A stretch of DNA of 64,000 nt from an uncultured Methanosarcinaceae archaeon (lineage in GTDB: Archaea; Halobacteriota; Methanosarcinia; Methanosarcinales; Methanosarcinaceae): positions 90,091-154,090 of the forward strand of contig CAVRJG010000019.1 in NCBI GenBank assembly GCA_963721455.1. Direction: 5' to 3'. Below the pieces are notes generated by a model. The model was not told the origin of the DNA. It worked only from the letters and a program-made list of their open reading frames with translations, and searched no databases. Positions 31,957 through 43,071 of the stretch are shown here, piece by piece. Position 1 is the stretch's first letter, and each line of letters starts with the position of its first letter. Both the position numbers and the translations under genes were made by a program.

Positions 31957-33677
31957 ATATGTCGGAAATCCTGATTAAAAACGCAAGTGTCTGTGACCCG
32001 GCACAGGGAATTAACTGCGAGACCATGGACATCTGCATTAAGGATGGCAAGATCGTAGAAAGCGTCTCCGGAAACGCAACAGTTATCGATGCCGGGGGCA
32101 GGCTCACAATGGCAGGGGGCTTTGACGGGCACACCCACAGCGCCGGGAAAATTAACGTCGGGCGCTTCATGAATCCAAACGATGCAAGGAAAAACCTTGT
32201 GCCAGGGCTTTCGGGTCAGGTTGCGCGTACCGAAAAGACAAGAGCACAGGTAGGGTACAATACCCCGAATACTTACGCAATAGGCTACAGGTATGCAAAA
32301 CTCGGTTACACAACTATCTGTGAGGCCGCAATCCCCCTTCTTGCCGCAAGGCATACCCATGAGGAATTCAAAGAAATCCCAATCCTGGATAAAATGGGGC
32401 TTTCCCTCTTCGGAAGCAACTGGCAGGTTATGGAATATATCCGGGACAAGGAACCTGAAAAACTGGCAGCGTATGTTTCCTGGGGCCTCAGAGCTTCAAG
32501 AGGCTACGGAGTAAAAATAGTAAATCCTGGAGGAGGAGAAGCCTGGGGCTGGGGAAGGAACGTAAGCGGACTTTACGACCCTGTCCCGAACTTTGATGTA
32601 ACCCCTGCAGAAATTCTGATGGGCCTTGCAGAAGCTAACGAGCGCCTGCAGCTCCCCCATTCCGTACATGTGCACTGTAACAACCTCGGAAAGCCCGGTA
32701 ACTATGCAACTACCATAGAGACCATGAAGCTTTTTGAGAAAGTTATGCCAGGTAGGGACAGGCAGGCTCTCCATGTAACTCACGTACAGTTCAATGCCTA
32801 TGCAGGCACTTCCTGGAGGGACTTTGAGACAGGAGCTCCCATGGTTGCGGATTACGTGAACGGAGCAGATCACCTGACTTTTGATTTGGGGCAGGTTATC
32901 TTTGGTCCTGCAGTGACAATGACCGCAGACGGACCTGTAGAATATGCAAATGCAAGAATGCTGCACGAAAAATGGAGCAACCAGGACATTGAACTGGAAG
33001 ATGCGTCCGGAGTCGTACCCTTATTTTATTCTCCAAAGAGTTTCGTAAATGCAGTCCAGTGGGCAATCGGGCTTGAGCTTGCGCTGCTAGTAAAGGATCC
33101 CTGGAAAGTCATGTTTACAACTGACAGTCCCAATGGCGGTTCTTTTGTGAACTATCCTGAAGCTTTCACCTACCTTATGAGTGCAAAAAGAAGGGAAGAG
33201 GTTATTTCCGGATTTTCAAAGATGGCCATTGACAGGATGGTGCTGCCAGGAATCGACAGGGAACTTGATTTCTACGAGCTTGCAGTCATGACCAGGAGCA
33301 TTCAGTCAAAGATGTACAGCAGGCCCGAAAAAGGAAACCTTAAAGCGGGTTCCGATGCTGATATTGCAATTTATGATATCCTGCCCGGGCAGATTGACCC
33401 CTCGACAGAGTACGCGAAGGTTAAGAAAGCTTTCTCAGGTGCGACATACACACTGAAGGACGGAGAGATTGTCGTAAAAGACGGAGAGATTGAAGCCACT
33501 CCTAAAGGTAGGATTTACTGGGTAAACGCGAAAGTTCCCTCAAATATCGACAGCGCAATGCAGAAAGATATAGATGTCAAATTCAGGAAGTACTACACAG
33601 TGAGCAAAGCCAACTATATGGTTGAGGATATGTACCTCCAGAAGCCTGTTGAAATTGTCACGGAAGGGGTGTTCTAA
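31953..33677 (+). CDS. fwdA: Formylmethanofuran dehydrogenase subunit A
   Basis: DGHTH, KIVNPGG, HVHCNNLG, TTDSPNGG. Confidence 0.95.
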   Translation: MNMSEILIKNASVCDPAQGINCETMDICIKDGKIVESVSGNATVIDAGGRLTMAGGFDGHTHSAGKINVGRFMNPNDARKNLVPGLSGQVARTEKTRAQVGYNTPNTYAIGYRYAKLGYTTICEAAIPLLAARHTHEEFKEIPILDKMGLSLFGSNWQVMEYIRDKEPEKLAAYVSWGLRASRGYGVKIVNPGGGEAWGWGRNVSGLYDPVPNFDVTPAEILMGLAEANERLQLPHSVHVHCNNLGKPGNYATTIETMKLFEKVMPGRDRQALHVTHVQFNAYAGTSWRDFETGAPMVADYVNGADHLTFDLGQVIFGPAVTMTADGPVEYANARMLHEKWSNQDIELEDASGVVPLFYSPKSFVNAVQWAIGLELALLVKDPWKVMFTTDSPNGGSFVNYPEAFTYLMSAKRREEVISGFSKMAIDRMVLPGIDRELDFYELAVMTRSIQSKMYSRPEKGNLKAGSDADIAIYDILPGQIDPSTEYAKVKKAFSGATYTLKDGEIVVKDGEIEATPKGRIYWVNAKVPSNIDSAMQKDIDVKFRKYYTVSKANYMVEDMYLQKPVEIVTEGVF

Positions 33678-34436
33678 ATGCAGATTGTGAAGCTTTCCCT
33701 GAAAAAAGCCAATAAAATCCCCATAGAGGCCGATAACGTAAACCCGGACAACTTTGCAGGCAAGACTGAAGAAGAAATAAAGGCAATTCTGGTCTGGTAT
33801 GGGAACGGCCAGTACCCTCTTGGTGACTTCTTCAATGTAGAGGTAGAAGGCAGCGACTCTGTGGAAAATACGAAGATTGTTTTCGAAGGTGACGTCTCCA
33901 GAGTAAAGCGCATTGGGCAGAACATGAGTGCAGGAGAAATAGAGATCAACGGCAACGTGGACATGCACTGCGGCTTCAATATGAGAGGCGGGAAGATAGT
34001 AATTAATGGAGACGCTGACAGCTGGCTCGGCTGTGAGATGACAGGTGGAGAAATAATTCTCAATGGAAACGCCTCTTATTATGTAGGGTCAGGTTATAGG
34101 GGAGAGTCCTGCGGTATGCGCGGAGGGAAAATTACTGTCAATGGCAATACCAGAGACTACCTCGGAGAGCATATGTGCGGAGGAGAAATTCTTGTAAAAG
34201 GCAATACAGGGCTTCTTCCTGCAGTCTCAAACAACGGCGGGAAGATTATCATTGAAGGCAACGCCACAATGCCTGCAAGCGAAATGAAGAACGGTACGGT
34301 CATCATTAAAGGTGAGGTATCTGATCTCCTGCCATCCTATAAGGAAGAAGGGACCGAAGAGGTTGAAGGAGTTATCTACCGGAAGTTCGTGGGTGACGTT
34401 AACGTCAGCGGAAAAGGGGTATTGCTGATAAAGTAA
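33678..34436 (+). CDS. fwdC: Formylmethanofuran dehydrogenase subunit C
   Basis: GxxMxGG beta-helix repeats, LGDFF, VKRIG. Confidence 0.95.
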   Translation: MQIVKLSLKKANKIPIEADNVNPDNFAGKTEEEIKAILVWYGNGQYPLGDFFNVEVEGSDSVENTKIVFEGDVSRVKRIGQNMSAGEIEINGNVDMHCGFNMRGGKIVINGDADSWLGCEMTGGEIILNGNASYYVGSGYRGESCGMRGGKITVNGNTRDYLGEHMCGGEILVKGNTGLLPAVSNNGGKIIIEGNATMPASEMKNGTVIIKGEVSDLLPSYKEEGTEEVEGVIYRKFVGDVNVSGKGVLLIK

Positions 34437-34981
34437 AAATTGTATTTCTGAGAGATAAATCAGTAAAATCTTCAGAAATCAATTGAGTCGGCGGATAAGA
34501 ATTATAAACGGGATGAATTTCCAGTATAAACGGAATGAATTCCCGGGATGAATTCCCAGAAATTCTTCATCTTATCCGCTTTATTATCTTTTTTAAAGTT
34601 AACATTTAACTCTAATCCTGTTTCACCCCATCAACTTTTTTAAATCAGTTTCATATTGAGCTGTTTCATATTGAGCTTATCCTAACCCATTTTGTTCTTA
34701 ATCATCAAAAGTTTTTAGAACTGTTTTTAGGAGAATATGAGCAGAAACTCCATTGGTTGCTGAAAAAGCTAGATTCAAAGAAGTAAATTTCGAGTTATGC
34801 GAGAGGCTCATTCGGTAGGCTCCATTTGACTTCGGTTCTTCATAAGGCCAGAAGAGAGAAAATGAATGTGAAAAAGTAATTAAAAATCAACAATAAATTG
34901 AAAAATAAGCTGAAAAAAATTAAAAGAAAAAAATTAAAAGAAAAAAGAGGATAAAGGGCTTTACCCTCTCTTGGAAATATA

Positions 34982-35560
34982 TCAGTATCCTGTTGCTTCT
35001 GCGAGCTGCCGGATCAGAGAACTATCAGCAGTATTTCCGGTAACTACCAATACATAGTTTCCATTGCTCCAGATATAGGAATACCTGGGGACCTCTGTTC
35101 CTGCGTTTACGACGTGGTCTGTAATTCTCACAGATGAATGCCCATTAAATGACTCTTCGACAAAACGGGAGCCTTCTGCTAATGGTACAAAGGAAGACTT
35201 GTATGCATCGATCAGATTATTTGCAGCCTCATTATTTTTAAGCTCGATTACATCCACATAGAGGTCAGACTCATTGTGTTTGTACAGCCCTTCGGACCCT
35301 CCGACAACTTCAGAAATATTCTCTGCATTGTAATCGATTTTGATATCAGTTTCATTAAGAAGAGAAGATCCAAGGTATTCAAAACCTGCAGGAAGGTTTT
35401 CAATCTCGCTAATGTCAGCCGCACTTTCATCAGGATTTACATTTGCTTCCGAGTTGTTCGGCTCTGTTCCGTTAACTGCGGGCTTATTATCACCCACGCA
35501 GCCTGAAAACGCGATCATTAAAACTGCAAGTGCAGATATTAAAGCCATCATTTTTTTCAT
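34982..35560 (-). CDS. Lipoprotein of unknown function downstream of the S-layer gene
   Basis: MKK-hydrophobic-FSGC lipobox; GGTGA RBS before ATG. Confidence 0.8.
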   Translation of the reverse strand: MKKMMALISALAVLMIAFSGCVGDNKPAVNGTEPNNSEANVNPDESAADISEIENLPAGFEYLGSSLLNETDIKIDYNAENISEVVGGSEGLYKHNESDLYVDVIELKNNEAANNLIDAYKSSFVPLAEGSRFVEESFNGHSSVRITDHVVNAGTEVPRYSYIWSNGNYVLVVTGNTADSSLIRQLAEATGY

Positions 35561-35684
35561 AGTCTTCACCTTATCTGTAAATCCTAAAAAATAACCATAA
35601 GGTTTAAAGAATCAGGATTTCAGAGTAGAAAGAATCGCTTGAATTAAGAAATCCACAAATAAAAAACTATCTGCAAAAAGAAAT

Positions 35685-35724
35685 TTAAAAAAGAATTGAA
35701 AGAGAAAAGGGTTAGGAAAACCCT
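35685..35724 (-). terminator. Putative S-layer gene terminator (hairpin plus T-tracts)
   Basis: AAGGGTT-N5-AACCCTT stem followed by T-runs on the minus strand. Confidence 0.5.
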
Positions 35725-35736
35725 TCACTCAGAAAT

Positions 35737-37773
35737 TTAGTTGTTTCTCCTGACGAGGTAGACAACTGCAAGGAGTCCAACAAGTCCGAAGACAAATCCG
35801 AAGCCAGGACCTTCTTTAGGGGTTTCGGTTTCGTTTGCAGCCGGAGTTTCTCCTTCAGCAGGAGTGGTTACATTGCCTTCAGTAGGAGTTTCGGTTACAT
35901 TGCCTTCGGTTGGGGTTTCGGTTACGTTACCTACAGTGACGTTACCTGGAGTGGTGACGTTACCGGTGACGTTACCTCCGACCGGAGTGGTGACGTTGCC
36001 TTCGCCAACAGTCATCTCAACGAATGGGTAGTACCTGAGTTCATTGGCACTAGTGTCAGCAATCTTGAAGGACATTCCCTGACCAATTGCCTCTTCTGAG
36101 TCCCTGGTCAGAGTAAAGGTATCATCATTGCTGATCTTCAGGGAAGGGCCGCTGATTGAGACCTTGTTGAGTTCGCCGAATTCATCGTCAGACTCTATGG
36201 TCATGGCATTTGCGTAGTCAATGAGCCAGAGACCTTCGATCTGAGCAATGCTGTCGACTGCACCCTGGAAGACCTGGTTGACGTGGAGTTTCAGGACAGT
36301 AACATCGTCTTCGCCCTGAATGTCATCAAGCTCAACATTCCAGGTGTTGGAGGCAGATTCACCGCTTCCGACTTCAATGATTTCGTCGTCAATGAATTCT
36401 CCGTCCTTGCTGAACGCGAGCCAGACCTTCTTACCATCGACATCTACCTGCTTGGCTTCAATAGCATAGCCCTGACCGAGGTCGAGTTTTTCTCCGGTCC
36501 TGACTGTGTACTTGTCATTGCTGTCAAGGATGAGCTTTGCGAGCTTGTCAGCTTTGGCAGGTTTAATCGGGATGTACTGTTCTGCAAAGAACCCTATGAC
36601 AGGGTATGTGTCCCAGCCTGCGGTTGGCTTGTCATATTCGTATGAGACCTTCTTGATCTCGGTATTGTAAACGAGACCGCCAACTGGAATCACGTTTCCG
36701 TTAAGGCTAGAAACACTAAGGGATTCTGTGGAGACATCGTCTTTAATATCATAGTAGAAGCCTGCAAAGTTAGCTGCATTCCAGACGAAATTACCGGAGG
36801 CAACCTGTCCTCTGATCTGATAGGTACCAGGCTCTGTGATTTCCTTCATTGGGTAGAACCTGAGCACATTGGAGCTGGTGTCAGCGACCTTGAAAGCTAT
36901 GCCCTGAGCGACCTCATTTGTGGAGTCCCTGGTCAGGGTAAAGGTGTCTTCATTGGTGATGTTAAGGGTAGGGCCGTTGATTGAGACCTTGTTGAGTTCG
37001 CCGAATTCATCGTCAGACTCTATGGTCATGGCATTTGCGTAGTCAATGAGCCAGACACCTTCGATCTGAGCAATGCTGTCGACTGCACCCTGGAAGACCT
37101 GGTTGACGTGGAGTTTCAGGACAGTAACATCGTCTTCGCCCTGAATGTCATCAAGCTCAACATTCCAGGTGTTGGAGGCAGAGTCACCGGTTCCGACTTC
37201 GATGATTTCATCGTCAACGAATTCTCCGTCCTTGCTGAACGCGAGCCAGACTTTCTTACCATCAACATCTACCTGCTTGGCTTCAATAGCATAGCCCTGG
37301 CCGAGGTCGAGTTTCTCTCCGGTCCTGACTGTGTACTTGTCATTGCTGTCAAGGACGAGCTTTGCGAGCTTGTCAGCTTTGGTAGGTTTGATCGGGATGT
37401 ACTTGTCTGCGAAGAAACCAATCAAGCTGTAGTTGTCCCAGCCAGCGGCTGGCTTGTCATACTTGTATGAGACCTGCTTGATTGTGGTGGAATAAACAAT
37501 ACCGCCCTCTCCTATGACATTGCCTTTAGTTCCGGCAACATTTTTGATAGAAAGAGTTTCGGTTGTAACATTGTCGTTAATGTCGTAATAGAATGCTGCA
37601 AATTGAGAAGCATCGATTGTAATGCTACCGCCTTGCTTGGCGATAATGTCGTTGATATCAGAGCCGTTGTACACAGGGCCGCGGATCTCAGATGCGACTG
37701 CTGCATTTGCGGCGGATGCAAATACAGTCAGAAGCATGAGAGCAGCCAGTGTTACTGCTGCAAATCTCTTCAT
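35737..37773 (-). CDS. Major S-layer protein (two DUF1608-type repeats, PGF-CTERM)
   Basis: Signal peptide, EIRGPV, duplicated FAxFYYDI..AKQVDVDGKKVW domains, GNVT/TP-rich linker, PGF-TM-RR tail. Confidence 0.95.
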   Translation of the reverse strand: MKRFAAVTLAALMLLTVFASAANAAVASEIRGPVYNGSDINDIIAKQGGSITIDASQFAAFYYDINDNVTTETLSIKNVAGTKGNVIGEGGIVYSTTIKQVSYKYDKPAAGWDNYSLIGFFADKYIPIKPTKADKLAKLVLDSNDKYTVRTGEKLDLGQGYAIEAKQVDVDGKKVWLAFSKDGEFVDDEIIEVGTGDSASNTWNVELDDIQGEDDVTVLKLHVNQVFQGAVDSIAQIEGVWLIDYANAMTIESDDEFGELNKVSINGPTLNITNEDTFTLTRDSTNEVAQGIAFKVADTSSNVLRFYPMKEITEPGTYQIRGQVASGNFVWNAANFAGFYYDIKDDVSTESLSVSSLNGNVIPVGGLVYNTEIKKVSYEYDKPTAGWDTYPVIGFFAEQYIPIKPAKADKLAKLILDSNDKYTVRTGEKLDLGQGYAIEAKQVDVDGKKVWLAFSKDGEFIDDEIIEVGSGESASNTWNVELDDIQGEDDVTVLKLHVNQVFQGAVDSIAQIEGLWLIDYANAMTIESDDEFGELNKVSISGPSLKISNDDTFTLTRDSEEAIGQGMSFKIADTSANELRYYPFVEMTVGEGNVTTPVGGNVTGNVTTPGNVTVGNVTETPTEGNVTETPTEGNVTTPAEGETPAANETETPKEGPGFGFVFGLVGLLAVVYLVRRNN

Positions 37774-38676
37774 TTTATTGTTTCCTCCATGTTTGTTAAG
37801 ATAGGTCGTATGTAAGAAGAAGTGTCGGGATCAACACTTTAAGGGTTTCACCATTCTTCACCAAATCAGACATCTAGATTTCGTCGATTGCCGAAGAGGA
37901 TTTCATTCCCTCCTTATCCCTCTAAATTGGATTACAAGTGTTCTATAAAATAATTGCCTTATTAAATCTTTTGTGGTCTATTTCAGGGAAATTAAAGAGG
38001 AAAAGCGCAAAACAACGATACAAATGACGGTAAATGTCGAAAGAACTCAGGCAGGATATTCGAAAGGAGTTAATTTAAAAGATAAATTCGAAATATTTAT
38101 AAAATACAATGGAAAAAAGATAGTAGAATTATAAAGTTTTGATTTAAATAATTTCAGACAATACTAAGTTCAAAAATACATCAAGTAAAATTCCCATTTA
38201 TCGCATTTATACAATTTATTTGAACCAGAAAGCTTCCACTATTCTGCATAAGACTTCAAATTATTCAGGCTAATTCTGTTAATTTGTATTTAAAGAAGTG
38301 GGGAAATATAAAGTTGCGTGCATGCTATATGATAGAAGGGCACATATAGAGATGCAGGTTTTGAAAGGGGCGACAAAAAAATTATAGTGTGCTTTCAAAA
38401 CATTTTAAGTAATTCTCGCGAGTACTTTTACTATTTTTATAATAATAACGTTCGAAAATGGGCTATTTTACATTATTTGCAGGAGATACCTTATGATATT
38501 AGAAATTGACGATATAAAAAGAGAAATATAAAAATGGATATTATATAATCGAGGCGAGAAATTAGAGAAAGGCAGAAAGGCATGACACATTACGAATATA
38601 CTGAGGAATTAGATCAGATCATATTTTATATCTTAATAATATAATATAGGTCTAAAAACACGAAGGGGAATTCGCT

Positions 38677-39252
38677 TTGGAATGTAAAAATGTTATTCAG
38701 GATGTCGTGTGCAGGATAAAAGCTATCAAAGGCGTGGAAGAGACATATATTTTGAGTGAAGAAGACAAAGAAAAAGTATTAGAGCTTGAAAAAAAAGCAG
38801 AGGGTGCAGTCCTTATGGGCCTTGGTGTAGGAGATAATCAGGGAATTAAGGAGGTCTTCAAACGCCAGATAGTAATAGCCTTTACGACCAGCATGAACTA
38901 TGTCTGGCCTGAAGGGCCCAATGTAGTGCTCATGCAGTTTGGGGAAAAGATCGGTGAAGATGTTTACGATCCCGAGAAACTCGAAGAGTGTAAAAAATGC
39001 AAGGACATGATGGTCATGGGAAACTTTGTAATTTACAGGAACGCAGTACCCAAGCCAAAGGAAGCAAAGAAAGAACCCATCACTGTAGTTCTCCCTCCCC
39101 AGAAATGTCCTGAAGTAGAATGTGCAAACGGTGTGACCAATGTTGTGCTCGCATCACCTTCTACCCCCTCGGATGAGTACATCAGGTCTGTAATGGACCT
39201 TAAGCCGGAAATAGGACTCGGAACTTTTATAATTGGATTCGATCTTTGCTAA
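38677..39252 (+). CDS. Conserved hypothetical protein (TTG start)
   Basis: 191-aa ORF with GAAGGGG RBS and host-like codon usage. Confidence 0.75.
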   Translation: MECKNVIQDVVCRIKAIKGVEETYILSEEDKEKVLELEKKAEGAVLMGLGVGDNQGIKEVFKRQIVIAFTTSMNYVWPEGPNVVLMQFGEKIGEDVYDPEKLEECKKCKDMMVMGNFVIYRNAVPKPKEAKKEPITVVLPPQKCPEVECANGVTNVVLASPSTPSDEYIRSVMDLKPEIGLGTFIIGFDLC

Positions 39253-39490
39253 GCAGCTCAGACCTGTGAAAACTTGTAGATGTAAAATAAAGCAGATTCT
39301 GTATGATGTGTACTGCGGCTGCTATTATACCGGTATTATATTGTATATTACCGATAAGATTGAAGTAAACGGCTTTTAAAAAAGCCGAAAACAATCTTTT
39401 TTAAAATAGTCTCGAAAATTGATTTTTATTTAAGGACTGCCGTAAAAAGAAAAAGCCGGGTGTCCAGAACCCGGAAAGACGGAACTTGAG

Positions 39491-41134
39491 ATGAAAGAAG
39501 ATAATTATAATAGGGCCTGCCGGGAAGTCCTTGAAAAAGTACTGGCAAGCGAAATAGAAAACGAAGACCAGTTAAATAAAGCAAAAAAAAACGTAAGTAA
39601 GCATTATCATCTGGCCAGCCTACCCAGGAACGGGGATATCATAGTACAGGGCACACCCGAAGAGCAAACCATAGTTAAAGAGTTTTTGAGGCGGAAACCC
39701 GTAAGAACGATTTCAGGAGTTGCAGTAATTGCTGTAATGACCTCTCCCGCTCCATGCCCGCATGGAGTTTGTCTGCCCTGTCCTGGAGGCCCTAACTCCA
39801 ATTTCAAGTCGCCTCAGAGTTACATGGGAAGAGAACCTGCAGCTATGAGAGCTATCCAGCATGATTTCGACCCCTACGCCCAGGTTAGATCCAGGCTTTC
39901 CCAGCTTAAAGAAATCGGCCACGACATCGAGAAAGTGGAACTGATAGTTATGGGGGGCACATTTTCCGCACGCTGTCTAGATTATCAAGAATGGTTTATC
40001 AAACGTTGTCTTGAGGCAATGAACGATTTCACTGGTAAGGAGTGGAGGGAAAGCGCCTGGAGAATCGGGAAATCTTTACCTTATATTCCTCTTGAAGAGG
40101 TACAAAAAGCCAACGAAAAAACTGAGATCCGCAATGTAGGAATTACGTTCGAAACACGTCCAGATTGGGCAGGAGAAAGACATGTGGATGAATTCCTCAG
40201 GCTGGGAGGAACAAAAGTAGAGCTTGGGGTCCAGAGTGTCTATGACTTTGTGCTCACCCGTATGCAAAGAGGACATGGCGTTGCAGAAATTGTAAGGGCT
40301 AACCATGTATTAAGAGACAGCGCATTCAAGGTTGGATTCCATATGATGCCTCATCTGCCCGGGGCTGATTCGAAACTGGACCTTAAAGGTTTCAAAAAGC
40401 TCTTTGAAGATCCCCGCTTCATGCCCGATTATCTCAAGATTTATCCTACCCTTGTAACTGAAGGGACACCTCTATACAGGCTCTGGGAAGCAGGAAAATA
40501 TGAGGCTCTTTCTGACGAAGAGGCATCAGAACTTGTTGCAGACATAAAGGCAGTCCTGCCTAAATGGGTAAGGCTCCAGCGTATCCAGCGCGATATTCCC
40601 GCTCACCAGATATTTGCAGGGGTCCGAAAGAGTAATCTTAGACAGCTTGCAGAAGAAAAGCTGAGAGAAAAGGGAGGAAAGTGCCGCTGTATACGCTGCA
40701 GGGAAGTAGGACATGCTAGCCTCAAAGGGAGAGAAATAAATGAAAATGAAATCGAGCTGACTGTAGAGACATATGAAGCCTGCGGAGGCACAGAATATTT
40801 CATTGCATTTGAAGACCTTGCTGCAGATGTCCTGATTGGATTTACCCGCCTGCGTTTCCCCGCCGCCCCTCACCGTCCGGAACTTCAGGACGCAGCCCTG
40901 ATAAGAGAGCTGCATATTTATGGCTCCATAGTGCCCATAGGAAAAGGGGCGAAGCAAAAGGAATGGCAGCATAGAGGATACGGAAAGGAACTTCTGGAAT
41001 ATGCAGAGAAAATAGCACATGAAGAGGGCTACCGCAAACTTGCCGTTATTAGCGGAATAGGAGCCAGAGAATATTATCGGAAATTCGGGTATGATCTTGA
41101 TAATGTGTATATGTCAAAAGTTTTGAAAGATTAA
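39491..41134 (+). CDS. elp3: tRNA uridine(34) acetyltransferase Elp3
   Basis: RTISGVA, CPHGVCLPCPGG, ETRPD, KIYPTLV, RCRCIRCRE, RELHIYG, QHRGYG. Confidence 0.95.
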   Translation: MKEDNYNRACREVLEKVLASEIENEDQLNKAKKNVSKHYHLASLPRNGDIIVQGTPEEQTIVKEFLRRKPVRTISGVAVIAVMTSPAPCPHGVCLPCPGGPNSNFKSPQSYMGREPAAMRAIQHDFDPYAQVRSRLSQLKEIGHDIEKVELIVMGGTFSARCLDYQEWFIKRCLEAMNDFTGKEWRESAWRIGKSLPYIPLEEVQKANEKTEIRNVGITFETRPDWAGERHVDEFLRLGGTKVELGVQSVYDFVLTRMQRGHGVAEIVRANHVLRDSAFKVGFHMMPHLPGADSKLDLKGFKKLFEDPRFMPDYLKIYPTLVTEGTPLYRLWEAGKYEALSDEEASELVADIKAVLPKWVRLQRIQRDIPAHQIFAGVRKSNLRQLAEEKLREKGGKCRCIRCREVGHASLKGREINENEIELTVETYEACGGTEYFIAFEDLAADVLIGFTRLRFPAAPHRPELQDAALIRELHIYGSIVPIGKGAKQKEWQHRGYGKELLEYAEKIAHEEGYRKLAVISGIGAREYYRKFGYDLDNVYMSKVLKD

Positions 41135-41255
41135 GACTTATGACTTTGATTCAGGTCACTAACTTTAATTTAAAATTTTCTAAAACCAGTACAGTATAAT
41201 GCACGCGGAGGAATGCATCGAATTCAGAGAAAATAAAAAAGTCCGTAAGTGGCTT

Positions 41256-41398
41256 CATTTGTATTCAGTTAACGAATTTTATGCACAACTTCGAGTACCA
41301 CGTATAGCGATTTTCCAACATAATTCATAGATATATTACATAAAAAATAACACTTTTTGGCGTTTTGCACCTTAACCGAATCCACATGAAAAGCAGTT
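41256..41398 (+). repeat. Partial copy of the dispersed MITE-like element
   Basis: GTTAACGAATTTTATGCACAACTTCGAGTACCACGTATAGCGATTTTCCAACATAATTC is nearly identical to the 15158 copy. Confidence 0.75.
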
Positions 41399-41408
41399 AA
41401 ATATTTAT

Positions 41409-41594
41409 TCAACTGCGAGATTCACGAGAAATAGAATACCATAGACCGTACAGAACACTCACAATAAAAAAGACACTTGCAATGATAAAAAATCCACGAA
41501 AGCCAAAAATGAAATAGGATGTTCCAAAAATAATATAAAATATTCCAGAAAGAATGATAAGAGTTAACCCGTATGAACAATACTTATTATCCAT
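41409..41594 (-). CDS. Small two-TM membrane protein
   Basis: 61-aa hydrophobic ORF. Confidence 0.45.
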   Translation of the reverse strand: MDNKYCSYGLTLIILSGIFYIIFGTSYFIFGFRGFFIIASVFFIVSVLYGLWYSISRESRS

Positions 41595-41829
41595 AATTAG
41601 TAATTAGGAGAACATTAATATATAGTTTATTATGTGTGGATAAAGAAAACTATCAAGAACCTTTAAGCTTGGATCGTTAACGCTTCGCGCTCATTTCAAT
41701 CCAATCAAATCTTTTTAGGATACCCTTTCAATCTCTTCTGTTTCCTCCGAACTCAGAATCCATGCCTTCCCTGAAAAAAGTTAAAGGAAGCTCCGGGCCC
41801 TCGGGAGTTCTCCCGCCTGCAGGCCAGAT

Positions 41830-42003
41830 CTGAAGATGAGAAAAGCACAATTCCACACTAAAGGAAGAACTTGATAAAGCAGGCCAGAGAGAAGAGGACC
41901 TTAAGAACATGCATAATAATTACATGTTGCAGGTTCAGAGCTTGATTAATCAGAAGGCAATTGAAGCGCCGGGAGAAAAAAGAGATGGTGGAAATTTTGG
42001 TAA
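41830..42003 (+). pseudogene. 3' fragment of a coiled-coil gene ending KAIEAPG..RWWKFW
   Basis: LKEELDKAGQREEDLKNMHNNYMLQVQSLINQKAIEAPG then WWKFW-stop in a shifted frame; no 5' end. Confidence 0.5.
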
Positions 42004-42253
42004 TGTATTGGAGGCCTGTTTCTGTCACAACAGAGGAAACAAAATGTGGGACAAAAGCAGATCTCATGTACTCGTTACCCTCTGGCTATAACCTTTTTTA
42101 CGGTTTTTTAATTAAGATGTTCACTTACTTAACTGTTATAGGACTTACGAGGTTGAGCTAAGAAATCAATAGCACTAAACCTTTAACCGGTTAAAATATG
42201 AATTTAACTACAATGGCTATTGTACTTGATTTTGGATCTCAAGTGCGTAAGTC

Positions 42254-42580
42254 CTATGTTATATAACTGGTTTTTTTCGCTGTGTTACTGCCTGCAGCAT
42301 TCTTTACCGTTAAGCTAACAGTGTAATTTCCTGCTGTTGTGTATTTATGAACAGGACTCAGGAATGTTGAAATCCTACTTTTATCTCCAAAGTTCCAAGA
42401 ATAATAATATGCATCTGTACTCTTATCAGTAAACTGAACATTCAAAGGATGATTTCCAGTGGTTGGAGATGCTGAAAAAGCAGCAACTGGGAGGTAACTG
42501 AGAGTACCCAGGTAAATATCGACTTTGTCGTCATAGCCATTAGAATTTAGCCATACTACTTTGTTATAAATAGGACTTAC
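42254..42580 (-). pseudogene. Fragment of a cell-surface beta-propeller/PKD protein
   Basis: KVVW..DIYLGTL..PVAAFSASP..WNFGD..PVHKY..AGNYTVSLTV with no start or signal peptide. Confidence 0.7.
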
Positions 42581-42627
42581 GCGGTTGAATCTTTTTTCCG
42601 CAAATTATATTAAAAATGATCATTACT

Positions 42628-42825
42628 ACCCTAATTTGACAGATTCTACTAATTAGTATAGTATTTTCACACAAAAAACGCGTTGCATCGGCACAGTACA
42701 TTTAGGAAAAATGAAAAACGTCAAAAATCAAAAAAAGTATGAAATAACTTTGAATTGTATAAAGAAAACAGAGGCATGAAGCCCATTTATACATTATAAC
42801 ATGTATGCTTCTGTCAAATTAGGGT
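42628..42825. mobile_element. 198-bp MITE with 16-bp perfect TIRs and 4-bp TSD (TACT)
   Basis: ACCCTAATTTGACAGA (42628-42643) / TCTGTCAAATTAGGGT (42810-42825); TACT on both outer sides. Confidence 0.85.
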
Positions 42826-42847
42826 TACTATATTATAAGAAATATAA

Positions 42848-43035
42848 TCGCCGGCCGGCGTGGCCCCGGGCTCGCGGATGACCGAGCCCGGCGCGGACGC
42901 CGGCCCGACCGGCAGACCACAGGCGGCCAGGCGCTCGCACAGCAGGGCCGCCTGGGTGCTCTTGCCGCACCCGTCGCAGCCCTCCAGACTGATGAGGACG
43001 CCGCGCCGCTCGCCGGACAAGCCTCGCTCAGACAT
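42848..43035 (-). pseudogene. tmk: Bacterial dTMP kinase, 5' part only, cut at the chimeric junction
   Basis: LISLEGCDGCGKSTQ P-loop and REPG motif, then abrupt switch to AT-rich archaeal DNA. Confidence 0.85.
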
Positions 43036-43071
43036 GAGCCTCTCTCCCGCCGTCCCGCCGCCGCTCGTAGG

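Noticed and set aside
42814-43035. 73-aa complete tmk-like ORF as a novel fusion
   Set aside because: The last 11 residues are read-through into archaeal non-coding DNA and the MITE end across the junction.
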